A stretch of DNA of 64,000 nt from Klebsormidium nitens (taxonomy: Eukaryota > Plantae > Klebsormidiophyceae). Location: NCBI GenBank assembly GCA_000708835.1, contig DF237285.1, positions 1 to 64,000 of the forward strand. The letters run 5' to 3'. Shown in pieces: positions 21,801-35,209 of the stretch. Position 1 is the stretch's first letter; each line of letters starts with the position of its first letter. The notes beneath the pieces are model-generated. The model did not search any database. It was not told where the DNA came from and worked only from the letters and a program-made list of their open reading frames with translations. A program made the translations under genes and the position numbers.

Positions 21801-24800
21801 TCGTTGTGGCGCTGGAGATCCGCCACCAAGCGCCCCGTCTCTAGTTTCTTCTCGGTGACCGTCCGGAACCGGTCCGAGAGCTCGCGCGCGAGGGCGTCCA
21901 TGTCCGAGTGCATCTGAGAGATGTCCGGATCGGCGGCAGGCTTCAGGAAGCTCCGGTGCTCGTCGACTGCACAAGAAAGTTCGTCGGACTCTCAGAAAGC
22001 GTGGAAAAGCGCGATCGCCAAGGGAAGGGATGTAGGAGATCGTTACAAAAAAACACAACTGCTGAGCGGAACTGCGTGACTGCACTTTATGAAGAGCGTG
22101 AGTGCTTGTCCATCTTAGGCTGTTGAAAGGGGTTCAAGCCGCTATCGACATTTTCCGGAGCCACTTCATCTCTCGACATTCTTAGAACCCTTTTAGTACA
22201 TTTCTCGCTACCAATAAGCAACGCTTGTCGAAGGTAACTCAGGCGCTCAGGGACAGGCAACAGCGAAGCAACAATCCGCACGACCATTGTCTATCACAAC
22301 TCACCGCTCATCCTGCGCGGTCGGTTTTCCAGCACGCCGTTCGGGCTCGGATACACCGACTCATCAACCAGCCTGTTGGCGTATACCCGCGCCGGCTTCG
22401 ATACGCTCATCGGACGTCCGCCGCTGGTCGGGCTCACGTCCGGCGACATGTCCGAGAGCGGGTTGTCGAACGACTTCATGAGGTGCATGTTGCGCGGCCC
22501 CCGCGGCTTGGACTCGACTTCCTCGCCGCGACTCGGGGATGCGCCGGCCATGGTCCGGGGACCGTCTGAGTCGTTGCTGCTCTGGACGTCCTCGGTGGCC
22601 GCGGCGACGTTTTGTTGGAAGGCCTCGAGCTCGCGCGTGCGGTATTCCACCTTGTTCTCGAGATCCTGCGGAGAAGTTGGCGTTATATATCACAATTGCG
22701 TTCTATATCACAAGTGATGGGTGGGGGAAAATAACAAAAAGGCCCTCTTTGTTTGACAGCAGGTGACTGCCAGAACCCGATGAGCCCGGAAGATTGTTCT
22801 GCAGCAATCAGCTCCTGTCAGTTTTCCTGGCAGATCCACGCCAAAGCCTCCTCATCAAACAGAAAAAAACCACGCCAAGAGACTTTTGTAAAAAGCAGCA
22901 AGAGATACGTTCAGCACACAGGTTGTGTGACAAGCGGTGGGGATAGCATTGGGTGTGCAATAGTCGCCTGCAGACGAATTACGTGTCCAAACCCGCGGTC
23001 AACGTGCTTTGGACTTGAGAGGGATCCATCTGCTCTTTGAATGTTGCTAACATCCCTTACTGCCTGACTTGAAAGCCCATTCCTGTCCAATTCAACAACC
23101 TTAATGTTGCGCCCTGCCAGCCCTGCCAGCATCTCCAGTCAGCATTCCCTGCCACTGTGCTGCAATTATTTCCCAGCTGACATTTACATTATGCCCCAAG
23201 AGCAGCATATCTTATGCCTCAGCCTGCCAGGAGTGCACGCTGTCAACGCCTCACCTGCAACACCGCAGTCAGGTGCACCCGCTCCTTCTCGTACCCTTCC
23301 AGCAGGCGGTCCTTGCCTTTGAGCATCTTTTGGCACCGCTCTAGTTCTTTCTCCACCTCCTTCACCTTCTCAGTAGCCGCTCGCTCCTGCGCGGCCCTCT
23401 TCTCACTCTCCGCTTTTGCTTTTCTCAGCTCCTCTGCCAACCGCTCCTTCTCTTCCTCCAGGGGACCCGTTCTCCCCTCCTTCACCCCGTTTGCGCTGCT
23501 GTTCAAGCGCGCCTTCACCTCCGACAGGGCCTCCGTCCTTTCCCTCAGCGCCCCTGCCATTCTGTCCCTCTCTAGTTCCACCTGCTGCAGCGCCCCCCGC
23601 TGCTCATCCACCGACGCCCTTAGCCTATCCCTCTCCTCATCCAGATCTTTCCTCGCCCTCTCTAGTTCCACAACCCGCTCCTCCAATTGGTCGCCCTCTG
23701 CCTCCAAATCCGCCACCGTCTCCCTCAGCTGCTTGTTTTCGTCCACTGAATTTCCCCTCTCCCTGTGCCCCGCTTCGAGATCCTCCTTCAGCTTTTGTAC
23801 CTCATCTTCCAGGTCCCGGTTTTCCACCCCGAGCTTCTGTCCCCCGTCAACCGCCTGCTTCAGCTGTTGCTCGAGCTCCATGATGATCGTCCGGCTCTCC
23901 CTCGTGAAATGCTCCTGCGCCGCCAACTGCTGCTGCATGTCCAAGATCATCTCGTCCCGGCTGTGTAACTGCTGCCGGAGCTTTAGGACCGCTTCCTTGC
24001 GGTGCGACGCCAGCCGTTGATTCTGGCCCTCGTCCACTGGAAGCGACGCCAGCCGTTGTATCTGGCTCTCGTCCACTGAGAAGCTGCGCAGGGACGCCCC
24101 CCCAGTGGAGGACACAGTGCGGATTGACCGTGGAGTCCCAGGATCGGGGCACTCTTCGGCATCTTCTACTCTGCTGGTGGTGGGGGCCGGGGATGCGGAA
24201 GTGTCCACTGAAAGGCGAGAGGTGCATTTGTTTGAAAGACACGGAAGTAGGCTTTTTGGTTGTAAAACACAACGAGCCGCTGCAGAACACTTGAAAACTA
24301 CGTATTCCGAATCGCAGGGCAGGGTCTAGCAAACAAGCTCTGCTGCCAGACACCGCGATTGGAAGCTGATATGCCCGCGGGCTAGAAAGGCCCTCGCAAG
24401 AAGCGGGGCTGCACAGAACCAGGTTTCGGAGCACTGTTGTTCGCTTTCCTCGAACTGTTTTTGTAGAACAGCCCCCACTAAGAAGGACCGATCATTCTCT
24501 GAGCAATAGCACAAACCAGACAAACTGGAAAGTTTTGGAATTTCTGCATTCCTTTTGAATACTCACCAGTAGCTACAGCCTCCTCTAAGACCACGGCAGG
24601 GGTTCTCTCTGGTTCACTTTTCACCATAGGGGGCTCGTCAAAGATTGGTTGATCAGTAGCCAGCTCTAGGCCAGCTGGAGCGTGGTCTGCAAAATATATG
24701 GCAAGTCCTGGTTCTTTTGAGTATGATGCAGGGCACCCCATCCTGTTCTGACAACAGAGCAGCAGTCTAAAAACAAGTTATCCTTTTAGAGATGAGCCCT

Positions 24801-25968
24801 GGTGCATTACGTTCGTCCTGGCCAAAGTTGCCTGCAGGTCAAGAGAATGCCCAAGAAAAAGAAATAATATCATTCTCCTTCAAGCAATTGCAATGAAAGA
24901 GCAGGCACTCCCCTTGAATGCACCATCTTTGAGGAACCGGCAGCTCAAGTCACCACTTTTCAAAACACGGCAGAAAAATGCAAGCGCTCCTTTTTTGACG
25001 AACTTTTCAATGTTAGATGTTTCTATACAAACAAACCACTTTTCATCACAAAGCCCTTGTCATTAGCCTTGCAGACCAGAGACAACAAATGCACTTTTTG
25101 TCATCTCACCTGAAGCATCACTTGGGCCCCTCTTTGGCGCCTGCCGCCTTCCCTTGACGAGCGACTTTAAGACCACAAGCGCAAGCGCCCCGCTCACAGC
25201 GGCCACAGGGTGCTCCATGATTCCCAGGCGCATCGTGCCTGCCGTACTGACAGGGCCTGAAGCTGCCTTTGCACCACCAGCAGGAGCGTTTCCCTGCTTT
25301 TCTACTTTTACACTGCTGCCTGGAATGGCAGGATCTGTAGCGCTTTGCTTCAAGGGCGTAAACTCATACTCTCGCACCCGGTTCTGCAGAGGCGACGCAT
25401 AAATTAGATCCCTAGACAGGTTGTGTATGGAGGGGCAGCAATTCTACAATGATCACAGATGCTGGAGTCTAACCACCATCGCTCGGATTCATACCAAGCG
25501 CACTCATGTACCTAATCTAGGTGATGACCACCTGCAGGCAAATCTGTTGCTCTGCTCTCACCCTTCCTAAAATCTGAGATCCAAGTATCACAGACCAACT
25601 GAGAATTGCCTTCAGCCCTCTGTCCTGAAACCACAGGTCAAGATCCATGAGACCGTTGTGAGTAAGGACCTGTGAGTGTAACCACCTCGATTCCTTCCCT
25701 CAGCTGACAGACCATGGATGACATTTTCCAACACAGAGAGGCTACAATGCAAGTTCAGTGGGGCCTAGAAAAGTCCAAAAAGCAAGCTGTCACATCGTCT
25801 GATACTGTAAATGTCAAACTGAACCTCAAAGTTGGCTAAATCTTCCAGCAGAAGCAAGAGAATGCAACCCACCGTTACGTGGAGCCCACTTTCATCAGCT
25901 AGCGAGAAAACCTTCTCTTTGCCAACCTTTCGAAAGTTTCCTTTCGGATTCATAGCGGTGGACGCCAT
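18880..25968 (-). CDS. Uncharacterised coiled-coil protein, ~10 exons, ~995 aa, with an N-terminal hydrophobic segment and an acidic C-terminus
   Basis: Phase-consistent exons 25968-25873, 25383-25110, 24686-24567, 24207-23255, 22665-22305, 21966-21674, 21039-20893, 20452-20291, 19770-19676, 19366-18880 (2988 nt, GT-AG). E/K/R/L heptad-rich 24207-23255. Segment PVAAVSGALALVVLKSLVKGRR. The first exon and the 20893 donor are less certain. Confidence 0.7.
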
Positions 25969-26594
25969 AGCAGGTTTGCTACAACCAGGATGGCGGCTGG
26001 CAGTGGAGGATTTGCCATCAACCGTCGCTGCATCAACTCCCCTTCTTCCTCGGAACACGCCCAGCTGACTCGCTGACTCAGACTGAGATCATTCGGACAG
26101 CAAAACTCATTGTCGGACGTTCGAAACAGCATCCATCGTCCGAATATCCAACAGTTTTCGCGCCATAACTGGTTTTGTACAGCAGTTTCAAGTTCTGATC
26201 CTGCCTCATGGTTTACGGTTTTCCCGTTTGTGTTGTTATGAGGGTGGCTCACAGGCACTCACCAGTCATAACCGCCGTACAAACCCCGGGTATTCAAAAC
26301 CAACTGTACGTGGCGATGGCCATGATGACTCAGACTGGATGATCGAGCGACCTTGTGGCAAGCAACACTGGTCTTTGGTCGCTCGAAAGTCTGTCACTCT
26401 TGGGCACGTGCTGATGGCCATGAAGAAGCGTCCGAAACAGGCCTGTCGGACGGCCTCTGATGAGAGCGGCCAGAAGAGTGAAAGCACCGTCCGCTCACCT
26501 TGGGAACTGAGATCCACACCGTCCGAATTGAACTTGAAGGCTGGAGAGCGTCTTCTCGGAACCGTGCAGAAAGAAAAGGTGGTCGTGAATCGCA
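25969..26594. promoter_or_regulatory. Probable divergent promoter / 5'UTR region between the coiled-coil gene (-) and KASI (+)
   Basis: Head-to-head start codons ~630 bp apart. Positional inference only; no motif identified. Confidence 0.4.
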
Positions 26595-29500
26595 ATGGCG
26601 TCGCAGGCGGTGCTTGCTGGGTCAGGGTGTGGTGCTTTCTCGGCTGTAGCAGGTCATACGCACAGATGTGGTAGCGCTCAAGCAAGCGCCTCGGCGCTCC
26701 ATGTGGCGGCTCCTTGTCGACGCAATGGGAGGCCAGCAATGGCTCGCTTCGAGGGCTTCAGACAAGCAGGCGCTTGGTCGAGGACGGAGGTGCAGGGGAC
26801 GGGTCTCTCAGTCTCACAGGCAGCCAGTGTAGGTGAGAAGCTTTCGTTTCGGTGCTTGTTGCTGTCAGCATTGAGCGTGCATTTATTGTTTAGGGACGCC
26901 AGATGGGGTTGTTGATGCCTCAACCGGCTCTAGAAGTGAGCGTCAAGGCGGGATCACTGAAGCTTGCGAAAGCAGTTGATTTGAAATGTTGGTTCCAGTT
27001 TCTCGTGGCTTCATCTTTGCCCGCAATCTCCTAAATAGTACACCTCTTTTCCGCTGGTAAAGATATGGCACACAGACTTGCGATCTAGCATGCCGCTGTC
27101 TAATGAGCTTTTCTTAGCTGGCACTGAGGACATCAATGTCTCTTTCTTCTGATCTCGGACGCTGACCTGTGGAGCGGTGCATTCTCTGGCATGCCGACGC
27201 CCGTTCCACCCAGCTATGCGTGCATTTAGAAGAACCTGTTGCATTTAATGCCAGCATTATATAAAGATGTTGACGTGCAGCTATCAGCATCCTGATAGAA
27301 AAGCTTGTCTTACAAGGCAACTAGCAATAAAGGTGCAATAGGCGGCTCGATGATTCGCGTGTTGCAACGCAATCAGCTAGGGCCGGAAAAGTTCCCTTTT
27401 GTAGCATGTTCTTTAAGTGCCTCCATTTTAAACACAGTCGGCCCTGTCAGGCACAGCTTTGGCATGCAAGGATACCTTGGATTTTGATGCTGTGCCACTT
27501 GAGCTCGTTCGCCAAGTAATCTAGTTTATCGGTGGTTGTCTGGGGCTTCAAGTCTTCCTGCTTGTGCTTCTCCTGAGCTCTGGTCGCTCCCACCTGCTTG
27601 TGACCCTGCATCAATTGCGTGTTTCCACAGAATAGTTGGGTCCTTTCTGATGCAAATTCTATTAATTATAAAGTCTGACACACTGTTGAGACTAGATTCT
27701 AGATGCTCCCAGTGGCTTCTGAAAAGGCTTCTTGAAAGTCCGCCAACACCTGGTCGACTTCAAGTCACTCCTCGTCCTGCTAAAGAGGCAGGATTTGCCC
27801 TGAACGCTTGGTGCAAAGGGCATTGCTTCTTTCACCTCCGCTGGAAGCCTTGTCACCTGGCACTGGCAGGGTATGACTGGTTCAACCTCCAATTGAACCC
27901 CAGCCCCGAATCTATTTTTGACATAAATACGTTCTTCACCCACGAAGATGCCGCAGCACTTGTTGCACTCTCAGCCGCCACCACTGCCCCCTTCTTAAAC
28001 ATAGATCTCCAATTGCAATCCTTTTCAGCTCACCTGACTACGCTGTCTGTCTGTGGGGATGACGAGAGCCACACTTGCTTGTATTCACTCCAGCTCCAAA
28101 GAGACCTGGGCAGACGGCCCGTGACCTCACAACCACTCAAACAGGCCTTTTGATTGCATTCCTTTCATGGAAATACCAGAAGCCACCCAATGAAAGTCCA
28201 ACACTGATTGCCAGAACGCCCCATGTAGTTTTTCTTGACCAACGACACAGACTTGCGTAGTGCAGGTAGCCGCGACCTGCTTCACCCTCAGCATAAGGTT
28301 CAACCTAGTCCAAGAAATCTTAGGACAGACAAGCACGCCCTAAGTGACTCATGAAGAAAGCCTGATCCGCGCAAATCCCTTTCCCAGCTCCAAGGAGGCA
28401 AAATCGCGCTATCCGTGCTGCCGCTGCCGGCACTGCCCCCTCCCGCGAGACCGACCCCAACAAGCGCGTTGTCATCACTGGCATGGGCCTGTGCTCTGTG
28501 TTCGGCAACGACCCGGACACCTTTTACGAGAAACTGCTCGCCGGCACGAGCGGAATCACCGAGATCGATCGGTTCGACGCGTCCAAGTTCCCGACGCGCT
28601 TCGCGGGCCAGATCAAAAACTTCGACGTTGAGAACGAGATCGACGGGAAGAACGCGAGGCGGCTGGACGACTGTCTAAAGTACGGGCTGGTGGCCGGGAA
28701 GAAGGCGCTGCGGATGGCGGGGCTGGAAGGGGACGGTCTGAAGGATGTAAGTTTAAGACCCCGGCGGCCTTGCCGCAAAGTAGATTTTAACTTAGCTTTT
28801 TTTTTTTGGTCAGTGGGAAACCGCAGCAACGGCCTAGTCTGCTTTCATAAGAGATGACTGCTCGGTCACACGGAAAATGTTCGTATAGCAAGTGGTGCAA
28901 TGCAGGACCTTCGGGCTGGAACGAAACAGCTCAAAACATGCAAGGAATCCTGGTGTATGCTTGTACGTGGGCCAGTGACCGGGTCAGGTTAGCTTAGTCA
29001 TTCTGACATTACAAAAGGACGTAGTTGGAAAGTCAAGGCTAGTGTTGCCGACGCAGCGCTTGACCAGAGGTGGAGCACGAACCTTGTTGGTTTGCGTGGA
29101 GCAATCTGTGGCCTCTGTCCGAATGTTAGATACCCTTCGGTTGTTCACTGACTTTTAGGCAAGGTCTTGTTACATGGTTGCTATTCAGTCAGTTTTACAG
29201 CCATCTTTCAAGAAGCAAGCATTCAAAGGCAAGAGGCTCGTTCTGGGCTCGTTCATTTTGACGAACTCATCAGGGCGGGAGACCGTGTTTTGTCCCCTGT
29301 CAGGATGTTCATTTGCTGGTGATCTTGGTTCAGCATTAGGAAGAGCGCGTCTCCCGTTTCGAAGTTCCTTCTGTAACGTGCGCTCTAACATCTGCCCGTA
29401 TTGACACCTGCCCCTGTGCCTGCAGAAGATTGCTGCCATCAGCTTCCTCTCTCCCATGCAGGTGGACAAGACGCGGGTCGGCGTGCTGGTGGGCAGCGGC

Positions 29501-32500
29501 GTGGGCGGGCTGACTCCCTCATTGGCCTCATTCTGACGTCAGCGTCCGCTCCTTTTCTTGCATGCTAACGTCATCTTCTCCTCCCCCCTGCAGGTAGACA
29601 AGACGCGGGTCGGCGTGCTGGTGGGGAGCGGCATGGGCGGGCTCACTGTCTTCCAGGACGGCGTGCAGGCGCTCGTTTCCAAGGGCTACAAGAAGATCAG
29701 CCCCTTCTTCATCCCGTACGCCATCACCAACATGGGGGGGGCGCTGCTCGGCATCGAGTGCGGCTTCATGGGGCCCAACTACTCCATCTCCACCGCGTGC
29801 GCAACTAGGTATGAGCAGATCCGTTGGACTTCGATTGTTTTGTTCTCCAGAGGAGTTCTAGGTTTTCTTTCTTTCGAAGGCGCGCTGCTCGGCATCAATG
29901 GTCAATAGTTTGGGCCCAACTACACCATCTCCACCGCATGCGCCCCCAGGTACGGTTGTTGATTGGTTCGCGCTCTCCGTACCTTCTACTCAGCTCTTAT
30001 GAGGCTGCTTGAGGGGCCTTGAGGCGGTCGAGTTCAGTGCCTGAAGGCCGTCGGGCTTGCTTTCCCTCCGGGTGCCTCGTTGCTATTGCTTCCGCTCCCC
30101 TTCCTGACGTATTTTGCTCCCTAGGCTTCGAATCTTACTCTGTTTCTCAAGTGCCCTCCTTTTCTTTGTTCTCCTTCTGTGAAGTGGTTGCTTGGTTTTC
30201 GTTTCCTTCCCTATCCTTTCATCTCCTTTCCATTTCGTGATCTGTTACCTGTTGTTGGGTCACCAGCTCGTTTGCCTTCTCGAACAGGCCACCTTCTCTA
30301 ACCGAGCTACTATCGTCAGAGGTTTGCGATCTTTCTCTTGCCCGCCATTTTTCCTTTCTCCGATCCACTTCTGTCCGCACGTGTGTTCCTAACCCCTCAA
30401 GACTTGACGGGAATATAATGGCAGCTCTGCAATTCGATTGTACCTTTCGTAGCTGCGAGCACGTCTTTTTGGTGGCCGCCTGGAGATGCTTCAAACCATT
30501 TCTCAAACCTGGTGCTGAATGTTTTCTGCCCTTTCGCAGCGACTATGCGAACCTGACAGCGGAATTTCAACGTTGCTCACATAACCGTGTCAAACCAACT
30601 TCTGACCCGCTGCCTGACCCGGACCTGGAACTTTCTCATATATACCCAAATTCGTTTCTTCCCGCAGCAGCGACGCCTTTCGTGCGGGCCGCCGACCCAA
30701 TCCCAAGCCAAAAGAATCGGCATTATCTGGTTCTTCTCAGTCCAACCCAGGTTTCAATGCTACCTCACTCCAATCCAAGACTCTCTCATCATAGCTGTTT
30801 TCATACTTGTCTGTTGCCTTCAGCAACTACGCCTTCTACGCGGCTGCCAACCACATCCGGCGGGGCGAGGCTGACATCATGGTGGCGGGCGGCATCGAGG
30901 CGCCCATCATCCCCGTCGGGCTCGGCGGCTTTGTGGCGTGCCGCGCGCTGTCCACCCGGAACGACGACCCGCAGACCGCCAGCCGGCCGTGGGACAAGGA
31001 CCGGGAAGGGTTCGTCATGGGAGAGGGCGGGGGTGTCCTGGTGAGGCGTTGTGTCAAAATACAGCTGTCTGCGTCAAACTTGCCACCTCGATAAACAAAT
31101 ATAAAGTTGCGGTTCGCAATCTCTGAACCGTCGGATGCCGTTATCAGTGAGGATTGTGCGGCCTAAGGCCAGCGAGCCGGCTGGCGGGACAAGGACCGCG
31201 AAGGGTTCGTTAAGAATGGGCGGGGTGTTCTGATATACCGGTTTTGAAGTTTCTGGTCCCGTTGAGTGCGGGGACAAGATGTGGCGGCGCCGATTTGCAT
31301 CGTAGTGCGGAACTTTCGAAAGTCGTTAGACGTATTCGATTCTTGGCCGTTTTGAGATAGGTCGAACACTCCATCAAACACAAAAGCTGGTCACCGGACG
31401 GGCCCAAGATTGCCGGGCGCTCGAGATGTGTGTCCGAGTATGTGATGCAGGACTTGCATCTTCGGACGTTCGAGACCGGGAATGCCACCTTCGATACACT
31501 AAACAGTTCATAAGCTGTCAGCAGGAATTTCTACGGTCGGACAGCTCAGTAGGTTTTTCTACCTCCTATTGAGTCCATCTTTGAAGGACCACAGATGTCT
31601 GTCGGCGTCCGTGGACGTAGGGCCATGCCTCAAAATCGCCCTTCTCTAAAACTAGAAATCAACACACGCAGATACTGCGTGGCGGACGTGAAAGAGAGGG
31701 GCGCCAAAACCCAAAAAGCTCCATTTTCGACCATCTCCGATGATCTTGGAGTCCTATTGTCAGAGACTCTAGCTCATCACTCAAAAGTTTCAGGGGTCCA
31801 AAGGCGTCCTACCCTTCTCCACTCGCAGATCATGGAAAGCCTGGCGAACGCGGAGAAGCGCGGCGCCAAGATTCTGGCGGAGTATTTGGGGGGTTCCATC
31901 AACTGCGACGCGTACCACATGACGGACCCCCACCCCAGCGGCCTCGGCGTTTCCACCTGCATCAAGCTCGCGCTCAAGGACGCGGGCGTCGCGCCTGAGG
32001 AGGTACGGACGTCCGGAGAAAACTAGACTCCGCCCTTTTCGCTGCCCGTATTTGTGTTGCGGTCGCTGCTTTTGGGATCGGCAAGTATGGATGTTGTTTG
32101 CATATTGCGACGGCCGTGCAATCCATTCCCTCGAGCTCCAGCCCTCGAAAATACTCCGGACGAATCGTCGAGTTTTCAAGGTCCTACCGGCCGCATTCTG
32201 TGTGTTTTTGTCGTCCGTGAAAAATTGGTTATCGGAAACTAACATCCGTGGAAAGGGGGGAAGACGAACCAAAAGTTTCTTGACCAAGAATGGAACGCGG
32301 TGAGAGCCGGCCCTGATCGCCAGTCTGCATGCGCAGGTGAACTACATCAACGCCCACGCCACGTCCACGATCGTCGGCGACCTGGCGGAGGTCAATGCGG
32401 TTAAGAAGGTGTTCAGCAAGGCGGACCACATCAAGATGAACGGCACCAAGGTGCGGCGCGCTGCTAACGCAAAATTCTGGTAACCCGAAGCAAGGAGAGT

Positions 32501-33931
32501 CGGGTGTTCGCTCCTCCTGCCCGTAGAAAGTGCTGGAACGTAGGGCGCGCTAGTGTTGCCCGAGCCTATCCGCTGGTCCTTTGCGCCGGAACGTTTCAAA
32601 GTCGCTGCTCTTGAAACTTTTTCGTATAATTTTTGTCCAGGCAACATGGTTTTGTTCCGAAAGACCGACGTCGTCAAGTCGTTGGTCATCCCTGACAAGA
32701 CAATGCATACGATCAGCGCTGGGCTGTATTTGAACAAAAGATGGGACAGAGGAGTGCAGCAGAAAAGTGGCAACAGAGCGTAGTTCTTCTTGCAGGTCTT
32801 TTTCCCATCTCTTTTTTTAGGGACAGTCTTGCTCGAGTCCCGGCGTGGAAAAGAAGTGCGACGCGAGTGACAGGCGAAGAACGTCTTCCTTTTAAAACTC
32901 ACTAACCCTTTCGCGCCGTCCCTGCAGTCCATGATTGGGCACTGTCTAGGAGCGGCGGGCGGTCTAGAAGCCATTGCGACCCTCAAGGCCATCGAGACAG
33001 GCTACGTGCACCCCACCATTAACCAGATCGTGAGCAGCCAATTCCTTTTCGTAAAGAAACAGGCACCCGCTCGACGCTTTTCTGCCCGCAAGAGACGTGT
33101 GCTTATTCTGCTCTGGGTTCCTCTAGTCACTCTCGATCGGGTGAGGCACAATGGAAGTCTGCAAGAGTGGTTGAGGCTTTCTTTCAACGCCTTCTTCGCT
33201 GCCGAGTGGGTGCGAGTGCCCCGTGCACTGAAAAGGTGTGTTGACTTGCATGGAAGAACAGACACTTGGGTCACGCTTGGATCAAAAGAAGTCCGCGGTT
33301 CGGGCTGGTCGTTTCTACCCCTCTGGTATCATATGCAAGCCTTGGGAAAAACCTTAATCTCTGCCGGGTGCTGCCGTGCATTACTGGGATCATTTACGGC
33401 ATTGGTCTTCGACAATTCCGGGCGCTCTGCCTGCCAAACATCGACCACGAGTCGACTCCGCGCTACTCGAAGCGCATCGCTGCATTTGCTCTTTCGAATC
33501 GAAAGGCGTGCGGCATCGTGTGTGCAGAACCCTGAGCCGGAGGTGACCGACTTCGTTGACACCGTGCCCAACGTGAAGGCCAAGCACGAGGTTGAAGTTG
33601 GTGAGTGGTGTCAACTTGTCGAAGCTCTGAAAGCCGCCGAATGCAGCGCTTCCCCCGGCACAGAAGCTTTGCAGAATCTGGAATCGACCTTTCGATGTTC
33701 AGTGGTTCGCCTGCTGGGAGTTTCTTATGGCGGCTTGACATGGCTTCACGATCCGGAAGGTCCTTGAGAATATGCTTTCACCGATCAAAGTTGCAATGAT
33801 CAGCTGAGTATGTAGATTCTGTAAGGCCTTTGTTTTCTACTTACGCCCGTTCCTTGTTTGCAGCGATCTCAAACTCGTTCGGATTCGGCGGCCACAATTC
33901 CGCCGTTGTGTTTGCACCGTACAAACCGTGA
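26595..33931 (+). CDS. KASI: Plastid 3-oxoacyl-ACP synthase I (KAS I, FabB/FabF family), 9 exons, ~519 aa with transit peptide
   Basis: Exons 26595-26832, 28388-28746, 29594-29808, 30824-31040, 31829-32002, 32337-32450, 32928-33029, 33528-33600, 33864-33931 (1560 nt). Motifs [25 protein letters not shown] (catalytic Cys), YINAHATST and [11 protein letters not shown] (catalytic His pair), [13 protein letters not shown]. Ala/Ser-rich N-terminus MASQAVLA. The [12 protein letters not shown] segment matches plant KAS I as I recall it. Confidence 0.95.
29432..29955 (+). repeat. Partial copies of both ends of KASI exon 3 in the flanking introns
   Basis: Upstream copy 29462-29515 follows an intact CAG and has 50/54 identity to 29594-29647. 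Downstream copy 29879-29949 of the exon end 29738-29808 is followed by an intact GTACGG. Confidence 0.95.
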
Positions 33932-35209
33932 GCAGTCCACGGAAAGTAGAGGCCTTCCCTATTGCCCCTCGCCTGCAGATTAGCAGGGCATAGGGGTATC
34001 CATCTCGAGACTCGTGTTGACATTGGCGCTTGAGCAGAGGTTCGGACATCCATCGTCTTTGAAAGTCGCTGCGTATGGTGGAACAGCGTCCACACCCCGT
34101 GCTCGGATCCTTGTGTTTGTGCAGCTCTTGCAGTTCCACCTAGAAGCAACGGGCTATGCTGACATCTTTGTGCAACTATGCTCACATGTCCGTGCAAAAA
34201 TGAGATGCCTGTGCCGCTAGATTCGGTAGTGAGTCATGCAGCGATGAATCGATCTAGTGACTCGATTGACATGGCTTCATAATGATGTCAAGCCATGGGC
34301 CGCCCACTTGTACGAATTGAATACGGTCTAATTTCATATAGCACTGCGATCGTCCGCTCTCGAGCATTATTACCATCGGCTGCACTATGTCCAGATCATG
34401 CATATAATGTCCTAGTAGCCTTAGCTGGGGCGGCCCCCTTCAAGCACAGCATGTTTATCCGGCGACACGTGGTCGATGCATGTGATGAATACGGTGATAC
34501 AGTGACATGCATGGAATTACGTCGAATTTTCCGCTTGAGCGCAATTGCACTGCAAAACCTTTTAAGTTCGTGTATTGAACTGCATTGGGCATATAAGTGT
34601 TGATTGTTTGCGCATATTGCGCTTATAACCTCCAAACTAACGGGGCACTCCACGCCGTCCGAAACTTTCATGCGACTGTCTGCGGCGCGCCCGGGCGGCA
34701 CGCAGGCTAGCTGCCAATGTCTTACATACGCGTATACAAATTCATGCACGCGTGCAGGCTGGTGCAAGGGGCGTGAGTCGGCCTTTTCGATTGATATAAA
34801 TTTAAGCTATGGAGTCAATTCAGCTAGCGAGCATTTCAGGGCGTGGTCGCTCGACACGTCTGACTGAACGTGACTGAACAGGGCGTACATCAGAGTATCT
34901 ATAGGATGTCTCGAGTTCGTCATCAAACGATGTCCGTTGCTTTAGAAGACGCTGTAGCTCAGTTTTAGTAAAGGCCTCGTTACTGTGAGGAGATTAACAG
35001 CATCCCAGTCCATCAGAAGATCCTGATTCTTCGAAGCCTCCGTTAGTCCATCGGGTCCTAACCTTAAAAGGTTCAACGAACAAAGTCTTCTGCAGTGGCC
35101 GAGCTAGTGCAGAACGAACAGAGCAAGCTTACTTGAAGTTGGTGACAACGTCATCAATTTAAATCCTCCTTCTCAAAGCGCTGGTCTTTCTGCTTTTGAG
35201 CCGACATTC

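Noticed and set aside
27536-28153. 205-aa ORF inside KASI intron 1 (possible nested gene)
   Set aside because: It has a non-ATG start, no domain and no consistent splice chain on either strand.
34948-34975. GCTGTAGCTCAGTT resembling a tRNA 5' end / A box
   Set aside because: There is no T-arm or B box (GTTCRA) and no acceptor-stem complement downstream.
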